A stretch of 64,000 bases of DNA from Eledone cirrhosa (GCA_964016885.1 OZ024745.1:133176001-133240000), one strand, 5' to 3'; positions 40,064 through 54,669 are shown, numbered from the stretch's first letter. Notes: generated from the letters alone by a model not told the origin. Numbers and translations: made by a program.

Positions 40064-40867
40064 AATGAGATTAAAAACCTTTTTTGTATAGCAAACTGTG
40101 TCACTCTTCTTTCCTGATTTATATATATATATATTTTCTGTTTACTTCATTTTATTGCCTTCTATTTCTTCATATACATGGCAGAACCCCCACCACCACC
40201 ACGGGAGATGGTGACAGGAGGGGTGAAGAAACACACACACAGATAGTTCTAAATTGTCAGCAGCAGCAAGACATAAGCTGACCACAACACCAACAATACT
40301 ACCAAAATAAGGGTAGAGGTCTTAACAATAGAAAACACAAACACTACAGGTAGCCTCACCCCAGAAAGAATTTCTATAGACTTTGGACTGAGGAATGCTC
40401 TCAAAACTGACCAATGGGAAGTTTGATCTTACAAATCTTTATAACATTGAGATGGGTATAACACACACACATACATTTTATTCGATTATTTTATTTTATT
40501 TTGTTCCTTTACCATCTTATTCCTTCTACCACTTTATCACATTTCTTTTGAGCTGACTCCAACAATGACACCACTACCAACACAAGAATAGAGGTGAGAT
40601 GTACCTAACAATAACAAGAACAACAACTACAGATTGGCTTGCCTCAGAACGAATTTCTATAGACTTTTGACTGAGGAATGTTCTAACAACTGACCAATGA
40701 GAGGAGAGGAGAAGAGGCCCTTTGACGCTGAAATTCGTTTGTTTGAATTCATATGATTCCAGTTCCTCAGTAAAATAACAACCCAACCATGAACTGGGCA
40801 TATCAGACTATTGACAAAGTCATACACCTCAACAACATGTGTACTCGTCTCTACCACACTAATTCGA

Positions 40868-40922
40868 ACTGCCTGAAGAGGTCACAGCCAAAGATGGCTG
40901 TCACCGAAATATATATAGCAGT
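40868..40922 (+). ncRNA. Canonical type I hammerhead ribozyme (best-preserved copy)
   Basis: ACTGC-CTGAAGA-GGTcACAGCCA-aaga-TGGCTGTcACC-GAAAT-ATAT-ATA^GCAGT. Perfect 5-bp stem I, 11-bp stem II with one C.C mismatch, palindromic loop III. Confidence 0.85.
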
Positions 40923-41959
40923 AATAAACGAAGCCAAATTTTAAACATTTGACTTATTTATTTTATTTTATTTTATTGCAATATTGATAATTTATTTTCA
41001 AATACGGCTTTAAAATGTCATCTCTTAGACTGGTAGATTTACATTGGAACAAACAGTGCCATCAATTTTGTGAATATTTTCTATAAGAACATTGAGGCTA
41101 CACTATAAGAACTATTCCTCATCTAATATAATTTATGGCTGTATGGCTCGTTCGAAGCCAACAACTTATTTGTTTATTACTCTTATTCAGTGCCTGACAC
41201 GTCTTAAATGTTGACAGATCTGGCCGGGATAATGTAAGATTAAAATGTGATAGCTCATCTCTAGATTCGTCCCAGATTTACTTTCCAACCCTAGACTGAT
41301 TATACGTTTGCTGATTTCACTTTTGATAGATTTTGAACGAAAGCTATTTCTATTATTTCCCTTCACGCTCTCATTCTAGTTAAATCTTCTCCTATCCTGT
41401 CTCATATAATACCATAATACCTGTATAGACTTGTATCTAAATGACTGTTACTGACTTTCTGGTAGATCGGAATCTATATTTAGCAGTAAACGCTAAATGT
41501 CTCTTACTCGACATCCATTTCTTCTGTTAAATTTTACTGAGTTCGATAACTACAAAACGTATTCTCGTGACATTTCTGTTGCCCAGTCACCGGATCACTC
41601 TACATCCGTGCTTCTACTAACTTTATCTACTTTGCTGTGTAATTACTATTATGGCGTGCTTCGTTCATAATGAATAAAGTTTACTAATCACTTATTTGGT
41701 GAGCCACAATTCTTCAAAAGATTGTCACTGTCGGCTGCAAGCACACATCTAAGTCATTTTTACTATTCTATACTATATTCTCAAAGGTCAGAGTGTTAAA
41801 CTAAATATCTCACCTGATATGTGATACTAAGGAATGTAGTTAATATGACAGCCGTAGTGATAAGCAACGAATTCAAACAGCTACATACATATACCTAGAT
41901 ATGTGCACACATGCACATGTACATATAAACACACACATATACATACATACATGCATACA

Positions 41960-41990
<31 letters not shown>

Positions 41991-42049
41991 ACGTATATAT
42001 ATGTATGTCATACACACACAAACGTGCATATGTATATATATATATATAT

Positions 42050-42182
42050 AGTTTAATATAGAAATGGAATCTACAGAACTCGAACTGTTTCATTCAAAAG
42101 AAATCATTTTGAAAAAATTTACTGGTGATTTCTTTTGAATGAAACAGTTCTACTCCTGTGGACACCGTTTTTATATTAAACT
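42050..42182. repeat. Imperfect fold-back with decayed HHR core
   Basis: gaactgtttcattcaaaagaaatca / tgatttcttttgaatgaaacagttc; CTGGTGA-TTTC-tttt-GAAT-GAAAC. Related to 7545-7610. Confidence 0.6.
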
Positions 42183-43442
42183 TTGTTTACACTCTACTAA
42201 TGTATTGAGTACCTTATTCCAACATGAGGGTGAATACATACTAGAAGATGTATACATGTTACGTTGTAATGCATGTAGACATTAATAAATTGACAAGAAA
42301 TTTCTATAAAACAACTTCCAGGTAATGATCATTCTGATATTCTGAAATAGATTAGAAAGAGTGGTAAAGATCTCAAGATATTTAAGAAGAATACCAAACC
42401 TAGATTACTGGTCTCATTATCTGTTCCGAATCTACTCACTTTGTTATTGTATAAATATTTAATAGAGACATAGATTCATCTTTAATATATGAATATTGGG
42501 TAAATATCATTATTTTAAATTGTTCGTATTGAGAAGACACGAGATGAAATATAAATCATTTTATCTTTTAAAGATAAAAGCCTATTGCATCATTACATTA
42601 TATGTGTGTATCTAACGATGTTCTGTGATGAGGGGTTAGTATGTACGTAGCGATATAGATTCTGAAACGGAGGATGATAACTTTCCTTCCTAATATATCA
42701 TAAAACCTCACCAAAATGCCTCTATCCATAACCAAGTAAGTACCTTTAGTGTGTTGGCAGAGCTTGTAGTGGTTATAATCCATTGAGACAACGAAATAAA
42801 CCGAAAAAATCTTATTAATAAATCTAATGAAGCAGCGTCGTTATAGAAGATATTCTTGTTAGAACGAAGGAAAACCTTTCATTCTTTCGTCTTAGCTTAA
42901 TAAATTCCATTCATAACAATTAAGAAAGTGTTTGTGTATATATTGGATGTTACATGGAAGAGATATTGCGTTAGAAATCCAGAGAAAGTCAGTTGGTTTG
43001 CTATAATAGTGCTACTGACATATGTATATTACTTAATTAAACTAGAGCATACAATTAACAGTTTTACCTGCACTTCCTTACACCTACCCCGTTTTTTCAT
43101 TACTTAATTTTGTTTTACTCCATCATTATATAACCGTTTGTTTCTACAATATCTTAATTACAAACTTATAAACTATTAACTTAATAAACAAACTGTAAAC
43201 GTACAATAATGAAATAAGCACTAGTGTCAAGACATTGATAAACAGATATATTGAATAGTCTAGTGACAGAATCTATTATAACATTATGTCAGTTGCACAC
43301 ACTGTAGAAACCTTTCCATTTTTCTACTTTCAGAGAAATATTTTATCCGGTATTTCGCTCAAAATTCTTCTTCGACAAGAGAATGGATGTTTATCGTCGC
43401 ACACAGTCTATGATATTTTTAAAACTAAATATATATATATCA

Positions 43443-43481
<39 letters not shown>

Positions 43482-44179
43482 CATACTTACATATATATAT
43501 AGTTAGTTAGTTAGACAATACACCGTTCACTATGAAAGAGAAACATTTATTAAATAATTTTTACATAAGCTTTATTGATATGTGAAACTTTTATATCAAG
43601 AGAAGATATTAGGATAACTCATTTTCAATTGTTCTAAAATTATCTTCACATATCAACTCATCAAACCAGATTGGCAGTGTATTCGTGTAACTTGTAGGTT
43701 ACTTATAATTACACACACATACACACAGACGCACACACATACACACACAGACGCACAGACGCACACATACACATACATAGAGAAACACACACACATACAC
43801 ACACATATAGACACACACACATATATATATACATGTATATATATATATGTACGTATCTGCTTTCTTTAAAATCCTTCGCTGTTGACGCTATATATTTTAC
43901 GTTTGCTAGTGCTAATTGTGCATAAGTATACTAAGCTACTGTCTAGGTATTTATTTTGGAGGGAGCATCTATTCGGTTAAGGTCAGTTACAGATCACAAT
44001 TTGTTTATGTAAAGGCTCCAGGGTACTATATATAGTGCGAATTGGATTAGGTTGTAAGTTGGGTTTCATTATGCTACGAGGAAGGATTGTTCTAGGATGG
44101 TTTACCGGTTACGAGTGTATAATTATGTTGAGTTTGTTGTTAGAGTCTACGCTCGAGTTTCGTAGATTATCATACATTG

Positions 44180-44375
44180 ATATACGCTCTGTTAAGACTT
44201 ATTATTTACGCATCAAGATTCATCGTGGCTAAGTACGATAAACTGATCGTTTCCCTGTGAAATATTTTGTGGCATTTGTGCGATTTGGGGAAATGCTTAT
44301 CTATTAGATTAGTTTCAATTGCAGAATTAAAGCCCGGATTATACCAGAGGAATATTCTACTTCTAGATTCTTTCG
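44180..44375 (-). mobile_element. Penelope-like element linker fragment
   Basis: RSRIFLWYNPGFNSAIETNLIDKHFPKSHKCHKIFHRETISLSY matches the PLE motif R.IIWFNPPF...V.TN...LIDKHFP..H.LHKIFNRNT.K.SY. Confidence 0.8.
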
Positions 44376-44852
44376 TGGCGGTGGTGTATTGATGCTAACG
44401 AAATAGCAACAATATTGCCAATTAATGGTATTTTTAAATACCATTAATTGGTAATGTAATAATAGCTAGAAATATAGATATTTAAGACAAGAAGAAAAGA
44501 TGACATACCTTAATACAAAGCATTTATTAACTAATATTTAAAATTTATATTTATATTATAACAATAATTATGAGGAATAAATCTAGAATAAAACAAATCA
44601 TCAAATATTCTACATCTTCTGAGGCAATAGAAATTTTCTTTAGGCTTTCTCTTCACTAGGTTTATGATTTTACTATTTATATTGCTTCTGAAAACGTAGA
44701 CTATTCAATGACAATATCTTATATTCAATATATGTTACCTGTTTCACTACTGTCTCTTGCATTGAAACATTTGTAAGGCTATTAGATAATTTAAGAAAAC
44801 TATTCTAACATTTTAACTTTGTCAAGTATATATATATATATATATATATATA

Positions 44853-44940
<88 letters not shown>

Positions 44941-46562
44941 TGTCTGTCTGTCTCTGTGTGTGGGAATGTAGTAATATATATATATATAAAGAAATCGATA
45001 ATGCAACTGGAGTCTTTTTAAGAATATTCATTTATTTCCTTTACCGTTTTCACAGTTCTTATGCTTTTCAAAAGTAGAAATGAGATGGAGGGTCTGTGAT
45101 TATATCCTGTCTTAACGTTGTTGATATTTGACGTGAATAATGGTTAAAGAATCGTTTGGTCATTTGTATCAATAACTATGAATTATTAATTTTATACATT
45201 TAATATATCTCACTCGCCATTTCGCTCGTACTCTATATAACTCAACACTTTATGAAAAATGCTGTCTATTACCATTATCTATTACATAGGTCTCAATTAG
45301 ATAAATATCCACGTCACTACGACAGGTGTTTAACAAAATCCCATATAAACGATATCAACAGGATGTGGCTTTGGTGTCATCAAGGGGAGCCACACAACTA
45401 ATACACTTATCAATTTAAAACGTCACTCAATGATAAACCAAACTATAAATATACAATAACCAATCGGACATATTGAAGGAATGAATACAGAATAAAGCTT
45501 GAATATAAAATCTGAAACAGGAACTATAGATACCATATTAAGACAAACATTTGTAAACAGACAAATCAAAAACTTTGATTGAACATTAATTTAGCCCATC
45601 TCATTTAAGCGGGATTGAGTCAATCGACCAGGAAATGCTCAGTCTGAGGTTGGGTTGTACGAACAGAATTTTGCTGGTAGCTATGTGATCGTCCCTGTGG
45701 TGTTGATCGTCATATGGAAAATTTTGCAATAGAGTGAGGCAATTAAATACATTTATTTAGATGTTAAAATCTGTCAGCTCGTCATAGCAAAGAGGCTTTA
45801 TATGATTGTTTGGAACACAGCACTTGTGGAATTTGGTGCATGCAGGTGGTACGTTTACAATGTTCCTATGACATGTATGTTGTGTATGTAAGCATCATTT
45901 AAGTTTCAGTTTATCATGAGAATCTAATTCGTTATACATATACTATGTATATAGTTAGACGAGGTAATGTATCAGTGTTAGATTGAATATATATTTGAGT
46001 GATATAATATACGTTGTTCTTTGGTTGAATATGAATTAATTTAGGTATCACCCATTTTCAGTCCAATGGAGAACACTACTTATAGCATTTTCAAATAAAA
46101 ATTATCTTAGGCGTAAACATTCATTCTTGGTGTTTTTTTATGAAGGCGATTGAGGGTACTTTGCGTGAAAAATTGACGATATATCATAGCATTTCGGTGA
46201 ACACTGCTAAGATGGATAGTAGCTATTGTATAGCCGAAGCTCAGTTCTCAGCAAGCACCCCTATGGGGAAATCTGGTGAAATTACCTTATGTAGATTGTG
46301 CCCTGAATCCATCATTTGACATGAAAACTAGACAGGCGAAAATACGAGGAGATATGGACATATTTAAGGGCTTCACTATTTGGTGCTTTTAGAATGATAT
46401 ATGCCCTCAAAATATAAAAAAAAACAATTATCGCAACAGTTGATTGTAGCCAAGCTGGATTTCTACCGTTTTTAGGGTCCTTACAAATAAGAAGTATACT
46501 TTTTTACGTTGATGAGGTGAGCTTTTCAAATTTAGTTTTGGTAATTGAACAAGACAATGAGT

Positions 46563-46758
46563 TAATAATTGTTTCTACGTTTGGCACAAGGCCAGCAATT
46601 ATTTCAGTACATTACTGGTACTTTATTTTATAGACCCCGTAAGGATAAAAGGCAAAGTTAACCTAGGTGGAATTTAAAATCAGACCGTAAAGGGGTATAA
46701 CTCTATGGTGCAAAGCATGGCGTCCGACCCTCTACCGCCACTGACAATTCACCGCCCT
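46563..46758 (-). mobile_element. tRNA-derived SINE
   Basis: Reverse complement of the same SINE family, with head GGGCGGTGAATTGTCAGTGGCGGTAGAGGGTCGGACG. Confidence 0.85.
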
Positions 46759-47596
46759 ATACAATCAGTTAATAACGAGGTTCTAATGCAAGATCCACTG
46801 CTTTGATGGTCCACTGGGTTTGTGTGCGAGTAGTTAACACGCTGGTACTCATCATGTTCCATATGTAGTTATAAAGTTACGATATAATGTCTTTGCTTTT
46901 CTTGACGCGAATGATTTCCAGAAATATAAGAGACGAAAGGGTCGTTAAAAATATGGAATGATTGATATTGCTTTTCATGTTTCACAGTGAATATGAAAGT
47001 GGAAACCTGAAAGACCATTTTACTGCTACATAAAAAGCCCGAGAGTGAGTTACCTCAGACTTCACTCCTAGCCAATCAACAATAGCTCTAGGGACAGTTT
47101 AAATTGCCGTAAAAGCCAGGGGATTCGGGAAGAATGAGGGAAAGCAAATATACATATCAAAACAGAATATAAATAAACGCAGTTAAATTTTGAAATTGTA
47201 TCATGCGTATCGAGGATTTAAATGGGGAAAATCAGGGATTACTGACAAAGCATGAGATTTGAGAAGGTTCTCTCGGGGAAATTTTTGACAATGCGAGACA
47301 GGGCTCTCCTCAAATGAAGGTATTTGTTATCTGCAAACAAAGATTTCCGTGAGACACTGCGTAAAGATTGAGTGTCTTAATTCATGGCTGGAGTTCATGC
47401 AGGACATGCGAGAGCCAGTCAGGAGACGGAAAAAGATGATGTCGAAGATGAGTGCCAAATAAATTAACTATGGAGATATAAAAAATACAGAAGCGAAAAC
47501 CAACCCAAACCAAACAGTGAGTGTGTTTTATTATTATTTCTGGCAATATTATAACAATATGACCTTTCCCAAGTATAACAATATATATACATACAT

Positions 47597-47677
<81 letters not shown>

Positions 47678-47788
47678 TATACATATTTATATATATATAT
47701 GCATACATATATATTCAAATATATACATATATATATATATATACATATATATACATATTTATATATATATATGCATACATATATATAC

Positions 47789-47831
<43 letters not shown>

Positions 47832-47888
47832 CATATATATACATATTTATATATATATATATGCATACATATGCATACATATATATAC

Positions 47889-47924
<36 letters not shown>

Positions 47925-47964
47925 ATACACACACGCACACACGCACACACACAAACACACACAG

Positions 47965-48018
<54 letters not shown>

Positions 48019-48654
48019 TACGAGAGAGAGTATATTCAAGAAACATCAATGAAAATGATGTATTTACCCAAATAACGATTAATAGAAGAAGTCATATTGT
48101 AACCGAACTATATATCTTCTCGCTGTTGTTGGTCTCTTTGTCATCACTGCCATTGTTGATGTTGTCATTGCTGTTGCTATTATTGCTTATATTGTTGTCA
48201 ATGAAATGCGTTTGCTAACTTTTACATAGTCATTTATTTGGTTTCTTAAAGTAATCCTCCTCTCTCTCCATTTCTCTTTTTACCATTCTTTTGCTTTCTT
48301 TTACATTATATTTTCATTTTACTCTCTATCATTTATTTCTTATAAGCTTCTTTTTTTCGCAATTTTTTCTGCGTTTTTTACGATTTGCTACTTTTTGTCT
48401 TAAATTATTTTGTTTCTTTTCCTGTAAGTCTCTTGGTTATATTGATAGTGACCTGAGAGGTCATTGGCAGCCTTCAACACTATTTATTGAGAATGATATT
48501 TCATGCTTTTCTCCAACACCGCCACAAACTGTTGGATACTTGGAAATCGAAATTGGTTTTCTTGGCTCTTTTCCAGTGAAGCATGCTATTTTTCTATCTC
48601 TTAATCAACGTCCTGCTGAGCGAACTTTATATTCTACTTTCTGCTCGCATTCTT

Positions 48655-49070
48655 ATTCATCACCACCGCCATTATAACTATCACCATTACCATCATCATG
48701 ACCATTACCATCATCACCATAACGATCACCATTACCATCATCATCACCATTACCCTCATCATCATCATCATCATCACCATTATCACCATCATCATCACCA
48801 TCATCATCACCATTACAATCATCATCACCATCATTACCATTACCATCATCATCGCCATCATCATCATCATTATCACCATCACCAACACTATCATCATCAC
48901 CATCATCGTCATCATAACTATCATCATTATCACCATTGCCATCATCATTATCACCAACATCATCATCGCCAACACTATCATAATCATCATCTTCACTATC
49001 ATCATCATCACCATTACCATCATCATCATCAGCATCACCATTACCATCACCATCATCATCAACATCAACA
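48655..49070. repeat. Degenerate (CAT/CAC)n trinucleotide microsatellite
   Basis: Direct inspection. It produces the poly-H, poly-I/T and poly-M/V ORFs. Confidence 0.9.
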
Positions 49071-49083
49071 TTTCACTGTATTC

Positions 49084-49292
49084 TATTCCTCCTTTCCTTT
49101 GTCTTATTGTCTTCTCCCGGGATGTCCCTCTATTTCACTTGACATAGTTTTCAACAGATCACTTTCCAGTCTACATTTTACTGGTCACTATTGACACCAT
49201 CATTGTAATCAACACAACAACAATAATATAACCAGAGACATTAGATTTATTAGAAACCACAGCAACATTAACAGCAAAAGTAGCAACAATTG

Positions 49293-49351
<59 letters not shown>

Positions 49352-49482
49352 GTTGATTACAATGATGGTGTCAATAGTGACCAGTAAAATGTAGACTGGA
49401 AAGTGATCTGTTGAAAACTATGTCAAGTGAAATAGAGGGACATCTCGGGAGAGGACAATAAGACAAAGGAAAGGAGGAATAT
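49084..49482. repeat. ~145-bp inverted duplication bracketing a (TA)n tract
   Basis: 49084-49230 versus the reverse complement at 49336-49482, with few mismatches. Its first 18 nt reappear at 49621-49638. Confidence 0.9.
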
Positions 49483-49491
49483 ATCTATCTA

Positions 49492-49613
<122 letters not shown>

Positions 49614-49643
49614 TATATATATTCCTCCTTTCCTTTGTGGAAA

Positions 49644-49754
49644 TGTGGTAAGGAACCAGATGGACCATAACGCACCAAAGTACTCAATACTTAGGGTAGT
49701 AGAGTGGGTAATAGGAACGAGTAGGACCCCGATGGCTGAGCTCAAGCCGTTTCG
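49644..49754 (-). mobile_element. 'GAGCTC-loop' family copy
   Basis: tgtggtaaggaaccagatggaccataacgcacc...gaccccgatggctgagctcaagccgtttcg. Confidence 0.85.
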
Positions 49755-50069
49755 TTCATATATATATAGGCAATCGCTATTTGATATTTATTATTTATTT
49801 CAGCTTCATTATCAAATAGTTAGCGAAATCTAATTTTTCACACATATTGTGACCCCCTCAATGACTCTTTTTCTCTGTTTCTCCTCGACTTTCTGGTCTT
49901 ATTCCGTTTACTTTAATCCTGCCCTTCTCTGTGGCGTGTCCCTTGCATCACTTCCTGTGTGTGAGTGTGTCAGTGTGTGTATTGTGTGCATGTGTGGGTT
50001 TGTATATTACACTTTTTGTATCTGTCTTCGGATTTTACCCCTTATAAATGCTATTCTCTCTTGCTCTCT

Positions 50070-50280
50070 TGTGATTGTGGTACGATTCCATTTGTGTTTT
50101 CTGTTGCGGCTCATTAATTTGTCTGAGTGTATTGTCAGTTCTATATGTAGTTAGGATCTTAACTTCTATGCTATCTATTGAGTACCGTGTTCTAGTTTTC
50201 CATGTCGGTATAGCACAGACGAACTTTTCTACTTCTTAACTTCTCTTTTCTGTGATACAGACTCTCTCTCCTATATATAC
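50070..50280 (-). mobile_element. Highly decayed PLE GIY-YIG fragment
   Basis: Minus-strand pieces YIGE; SSVLYRHGKLEH; DNTLRQI; NRKHKW parallel the 32.4-32.7 kb PLE endonuclease. Confidence 0.45.
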
Positions 50281-51598
50281 AGTTGAAAATATACCAGAGA
50301 AAGATTATATGGAATAAGTAGAAATAGACCAAAAAGATGAGAAGAAGACACAGAGGAGAAGAAATAGCTCCTGATAACACGTATCATGCTAGGAGACCTA
50401 CTAGATACTGCTCGGATGTGGGAAGTAGTTGAACGTGTATTTCTTGTTAAGCTACGTCTTTCAGCCAGTCTTGAAGTATTGCTCATTGTAGGTTGTCATA
50501 TTCCCGGCTATATTGTTGTATTGGATTTTATAATGTGTGAAACATTACAGACTGGGTTTCATGTTAATTTTAATTTGTGACTCATTTATATTTTTTTCAT
50601 TACTATCTATGTTTCTTGTAATTCTAAATTGATATAAAATTCCCAGAAATGGGATTTATGCAACCAGAATATTTCTTGTTTTACAGTTGGATTTTCTGAA
50701 GAAAAGATGTCAACATCACCGGATCACACAACAGACATAAAAGAAATATAGACTTGTCAGTTGACAACAGTGGATATCATAGAGAATGTGACTCAAAACT
50801 ACATGTGCTTAAATGGAAATGACACACTCCGGGGGAATATAGAAATATCTGTAATGCATTTTTTCTCCTACACACTATAAATCATGATAGACACTTCAAT
50901 GACATTGCAATATATAGGAGAGTTGGACACCAATTACTGAATAGGCATGAGAAGCAATATTGGATGAGAACATCATTAATGTCAACTAGAATGTCAACTA
51001 GCAATACTGGGATTATTCTGGCAGCTGTTGTATGTTGATGGTGTTAATATTATACAATATGTCATCTTATTTCCACGGCAGCACGTACTTGAGCTTTTCA
51101 CAGTCTGTCACGTCTACTATAATATCCATGTCATTAAGATAGGTTTGCTAAGTATTGAATGGTGAATATGTACATATAATGGTAGTAATGATAGTCCTCG
51201 ATTTGCTTATTAAATAGGACACTGTAATTAATCTCTTCTGTGCATTTTGTTACTTTTGATCAAATAGCAAGACCTCTTTTCTAGCAATCTGAAAATTAAC
51301 AGAGAGATTTATTTTCAGATATTGGAATGCCGTTGGGCCATGGAGATTGCCAGGACGTGTCATCGATTAATTTCTCTAAGATTTCGGGTAAGTACAATTA
51401 TAATCATAGGTCTCTTGGCGTACTTGGTAATTGGTCAATATATAGGTGTGTGTACAGCATTTGGGACGACATCGGATAAGATTTTGGTGTAGCTTGATTA
51501 ACAAGTCTCATTGGGCTGAAGTTGTACTTCAAACATTAACATGGTTCCTGAGTCACCCATGTGTGAAACGGTCCTAACTGTACCTAAACAATAAAGAC

Positions 51599-51684
<86 letters not shown>

Positions 51685-51699
51685 CATACATACATACAT

Positions 51700-52290
51700 T
51701 GTGACTGCCAACTCGTTTTCGTGTACGGCCACTACTTTATATCCATGTAGGAAAACTCCTACCGATGCGCTGAACGAGTGTGACTTTTTAGTCCAGCCAG
51801 CGACTTGAAAACTCTGGTACAAACACTACACTTGTGACAATTATTGACACATAGTGCTGGCCCCATGGTACCATGTGACGACATGTGCAGAGAGATCTCC
51901 AGATATAAAGCAATGCCTGTGCCGTGAAGCTTTTATAGTGAGCAAAGGCACTGCACAAAGCCAGTCCCACTCTCTTAACCAAGATGATATTTACCAAAAG
52001 GAAGAACAAGTCAACATCATCGGATAACATCAGAGTTTTTCTTCTCCTAGAATTCTGCCTTGACAAAGTCTAAGGGGTCATCTCTCCCGGTGATTTTGGA
52101 TTGCCATTGACTCTTAAGAGCTCCTTTGCCCTTTGACAGGTTTTGTGTTTAGTCCTGCAGGATGTCCAAAGTCACCCTCCTCACCAAGAAACCTTGGTGA
52201 GGTTGACAGTTTAGTCGCCAACGACCCGACCATGAGACAGGTTGTACTGGGATACATGTTACCAGTAGCACCAACTGGTGACCTGACATA
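51700..52290 (-). mobile_element. GC-richer insert, possibly a LINE (RTE) 5'UTR fragment
   Basis: Compositionally distinct island between (TA)n/(TACA)n tracts with no protein motif. Family assignment is a guess. Confidence 0.3.
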
Positions 52291-52336
52291 AATACATACA
52301 TACATACATACATACATACATACATACATACATACA

Positions 52337-52440
<104 letters not shown>

Positions 52441-52654
52441 TATATATGAGGTCTTTATTGTTTAGGTACAGTTAGGACCGTATATATATATATAATATTA
52501 AGGATACTATTTATGGTTATGTTTATACTAAAAGATTTTTATAGTTATGTATATTTTAAACCCTAAACAGTGAAGGTGAGTAATTTATTACTACCTTATT
52601 ACCAGTAAGATAAATAGCTCAATGCAATAACATCAGTTGTTCTACAGAGCAGTT

Positions 52655-53230
52655 ATATAGAATTCACAAGAATCAAAACTATGTTCAAAGCATTTATTCA
52701 CTTACAATTGTTTCATCCAAACCTAGGCTTGGAGTCTTCGGAGCATTTTTCAATGTTTGTACATATAATTGACCTCCTTTCCAACGCAATAGACATACTT
52801 ACCCGCTTAAAGTGCTTGTATTACATGTAACACCCTGCCACACAATAATCATATATAAATGAGACACACTTGCATGCCCCACGTGTAACTAACGCATACA
52901 CTAACTACTACATCTGACTAACAAACTATCCTCTTGCATTATCTGTGTTAACTGCCGAATGTATTTTAATTTTGTTTTAATTTTGTTTTAAGTTTAATTT
53001 TGATTTTGATTTTGAATTTGAATTGCTATACAGAAATAATATAGTATAATATATGTCACTCCACTGTACATCAATATATATATGTGTATCTGTATTTCTC
53101 TTGCGTTGGAAAGGAGGTCAATTATGTGTACAAACATTGAAAAATGCTCCGAAGACGCCAAGCCTAGGTTTGGATGAAACAATTGTAAGTGAATAAATGC
53201 TTTGAACATAGCTTTGATTCTTGTGAATTC

Positions 53231-53235
<5 letters not shown>
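52655..53235. ncRNA. Inverted pair of ~135-bp pLTR-like arms, each with a CCGAAGA-type HHR (52700-52744 minus; 53146-53190 plus)
   Basis: GCT-CCGAAGA-c-(T/G)CCAAGCC-ta-GGTTTGGA-t-GAAAC-AATT-GTA^AGT. Confidence 0.75.
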
Positions 53236-53264
<29 letters not shown>

Positions 53265-53819
53265 ACAGAGTTTTGTAGCTTGCTTGTAACATTGTTGAAT
53301 CGGAAACACAAATTTAAATAATTTTGAAAACGAAACAATGCATTAGAATGAACATTAAATTGCCAAGATAATAAAAGAATCTTACCTTATAAAATTTGAT
53401 AATCCCATTATCAAGGGAGTAACAATATGAGAGACTTAACAAATCGATTGGAGGTGACTTGTTTGTTTGGAGAGATGATGTAAGTGAAATGTAATGAAAA
53501 GACGTTAAAACTTCGAACGAGCGCATTGTGAAATGTATGATATATGCATGTGTGAATGTAAGAGGGGTTTGTGGGATGTGTGTATGTGTGTGCGTGAATA
53601 TGTGTGCGTGCGTGAATGTGTGTGCGAGTATGTTATGTAGTGAAAGGTGTGTGCGAATATGTGTATAATAAAGCGGTAAAAATATGTGTGCGATATATGT
53701 GTATGTGAGTCAAAGCGTGTTAGCCTAGTGAGGACATAGATTTAATTTGAAAGAAAGAATGAAAATGGCCACTGGGATATTGGAATACAGGCTTTTAAAT
53801 TAGCCATACTGGTGCACTT

Positions 53820-54022
53820 CTTTCCATTCGATTATTGATCCTAGGTTTTAATTTCTTGATCAAGAGGGCTCCCTTAATTCTCAGCGTTTCTATACTGCGT
53901 TCGGTAGCTAATATTGTGGTGGTACGTTGACCTAGTTTCCACATTTGATGTGTTTGCGGAAGTAAGTGGTGTTGGTGTTAACATGCTCTTTAATACGGAG
54001 ATGTAACGGTCGAATTGTGCTG
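53820..54022 (-). mobile_element. PLE GIY-YIG endonuclease C-terminal fragment
   Basis: STIRPLHLRIKEHVNT...FRKHIKC, then frameshifted LLIKKLKPRINNRME. Confidence 0.7.
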
Positions 54023-54068
54023 CAAAAATATCTTAGCAAAAAAAACATAAAGGTTTGTTGCTTTTCTT

Positions 54069-54212
54069 GTCCGCCACTAGGAGTGGTCAATGATCTGGTA
54101 TGTCGTCTGCCACTGGGGGTGGTCAATGATCTGGGATGTCGTCTGCCACTGGGGTGGTCAATGATCTGGGATGCCGTCTGCCACTGGGAGTGGTCAATGA
54201 TCTGGGATGTCG
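54069..54212. repeat. 4 x 35-36 bp minisatellite
   Basis: Unit GTCTGCCACTGGGAGTGGTCAATGATCTGGGATGTC. A single reverse copy lies inside the 18310-18695 element (about 18401-18436). Confidence 0.9.
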
Positions 54213-54422
54213 TGTACATAGTTAAATACCTTCATAGCGGCGGGGAGTTAAACAGGCGTGAAAAACAAAAGGGAAGTGGTGAGAAGGCAGACTGACCAGC
54301 TGATGCCAACCCAGTCAGGTGTGCACCCACAGCATTAATTGAGATTTAATCGTATCTAAATATCTTTCATTTCTAGAAAAGGTAATCGTTCAAAGGAACA
54401 AGAAAAAAAAACGAGAAAAGAT

Positions 54423-54590
54423 TTTTTGCTAAGATATTTTTGCTCTTTCGTGCTTTGGCTGCATGCCCATAAATGGACTGTACACCTTGATGTGTTTAGC
54501 TAGATTCCCACCGTTCTAATACTGGTGGCTTAGTTCGGATATAGCTGTCGAAAAACCGGAGCTCAGCCGTCAGGGTCCTGACTCTTTTCT
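54423..54590 (+). mobile_element. 'GAGCTC-loop' family copy including a decayed HHR 5' half
   Basis: gcatgcccata.atggactgtac.ccTTGATG.gtttAGCTAG...ggatATAGCTgtcGAAA...gagctcagCCGTC^AGGG aligns to 18495-18620. Confidence 0.75.

Positions 54591-54669
<79 letters not shown>

Noticed and set aside
48583-49194. 203-aa histidine-rich ORF
   Set aside because: Pure (CAT/CAC)n microsatellite open in several frames on both strands, with no splice or domain support.
54069-54212. 36-bp repeats of CRISPR-like length with an internal hairpin
   Set aside because: Units are directly adjacent with no spacers, there are no cas genes, and the context is eukaryotic. It is a minisatellite.
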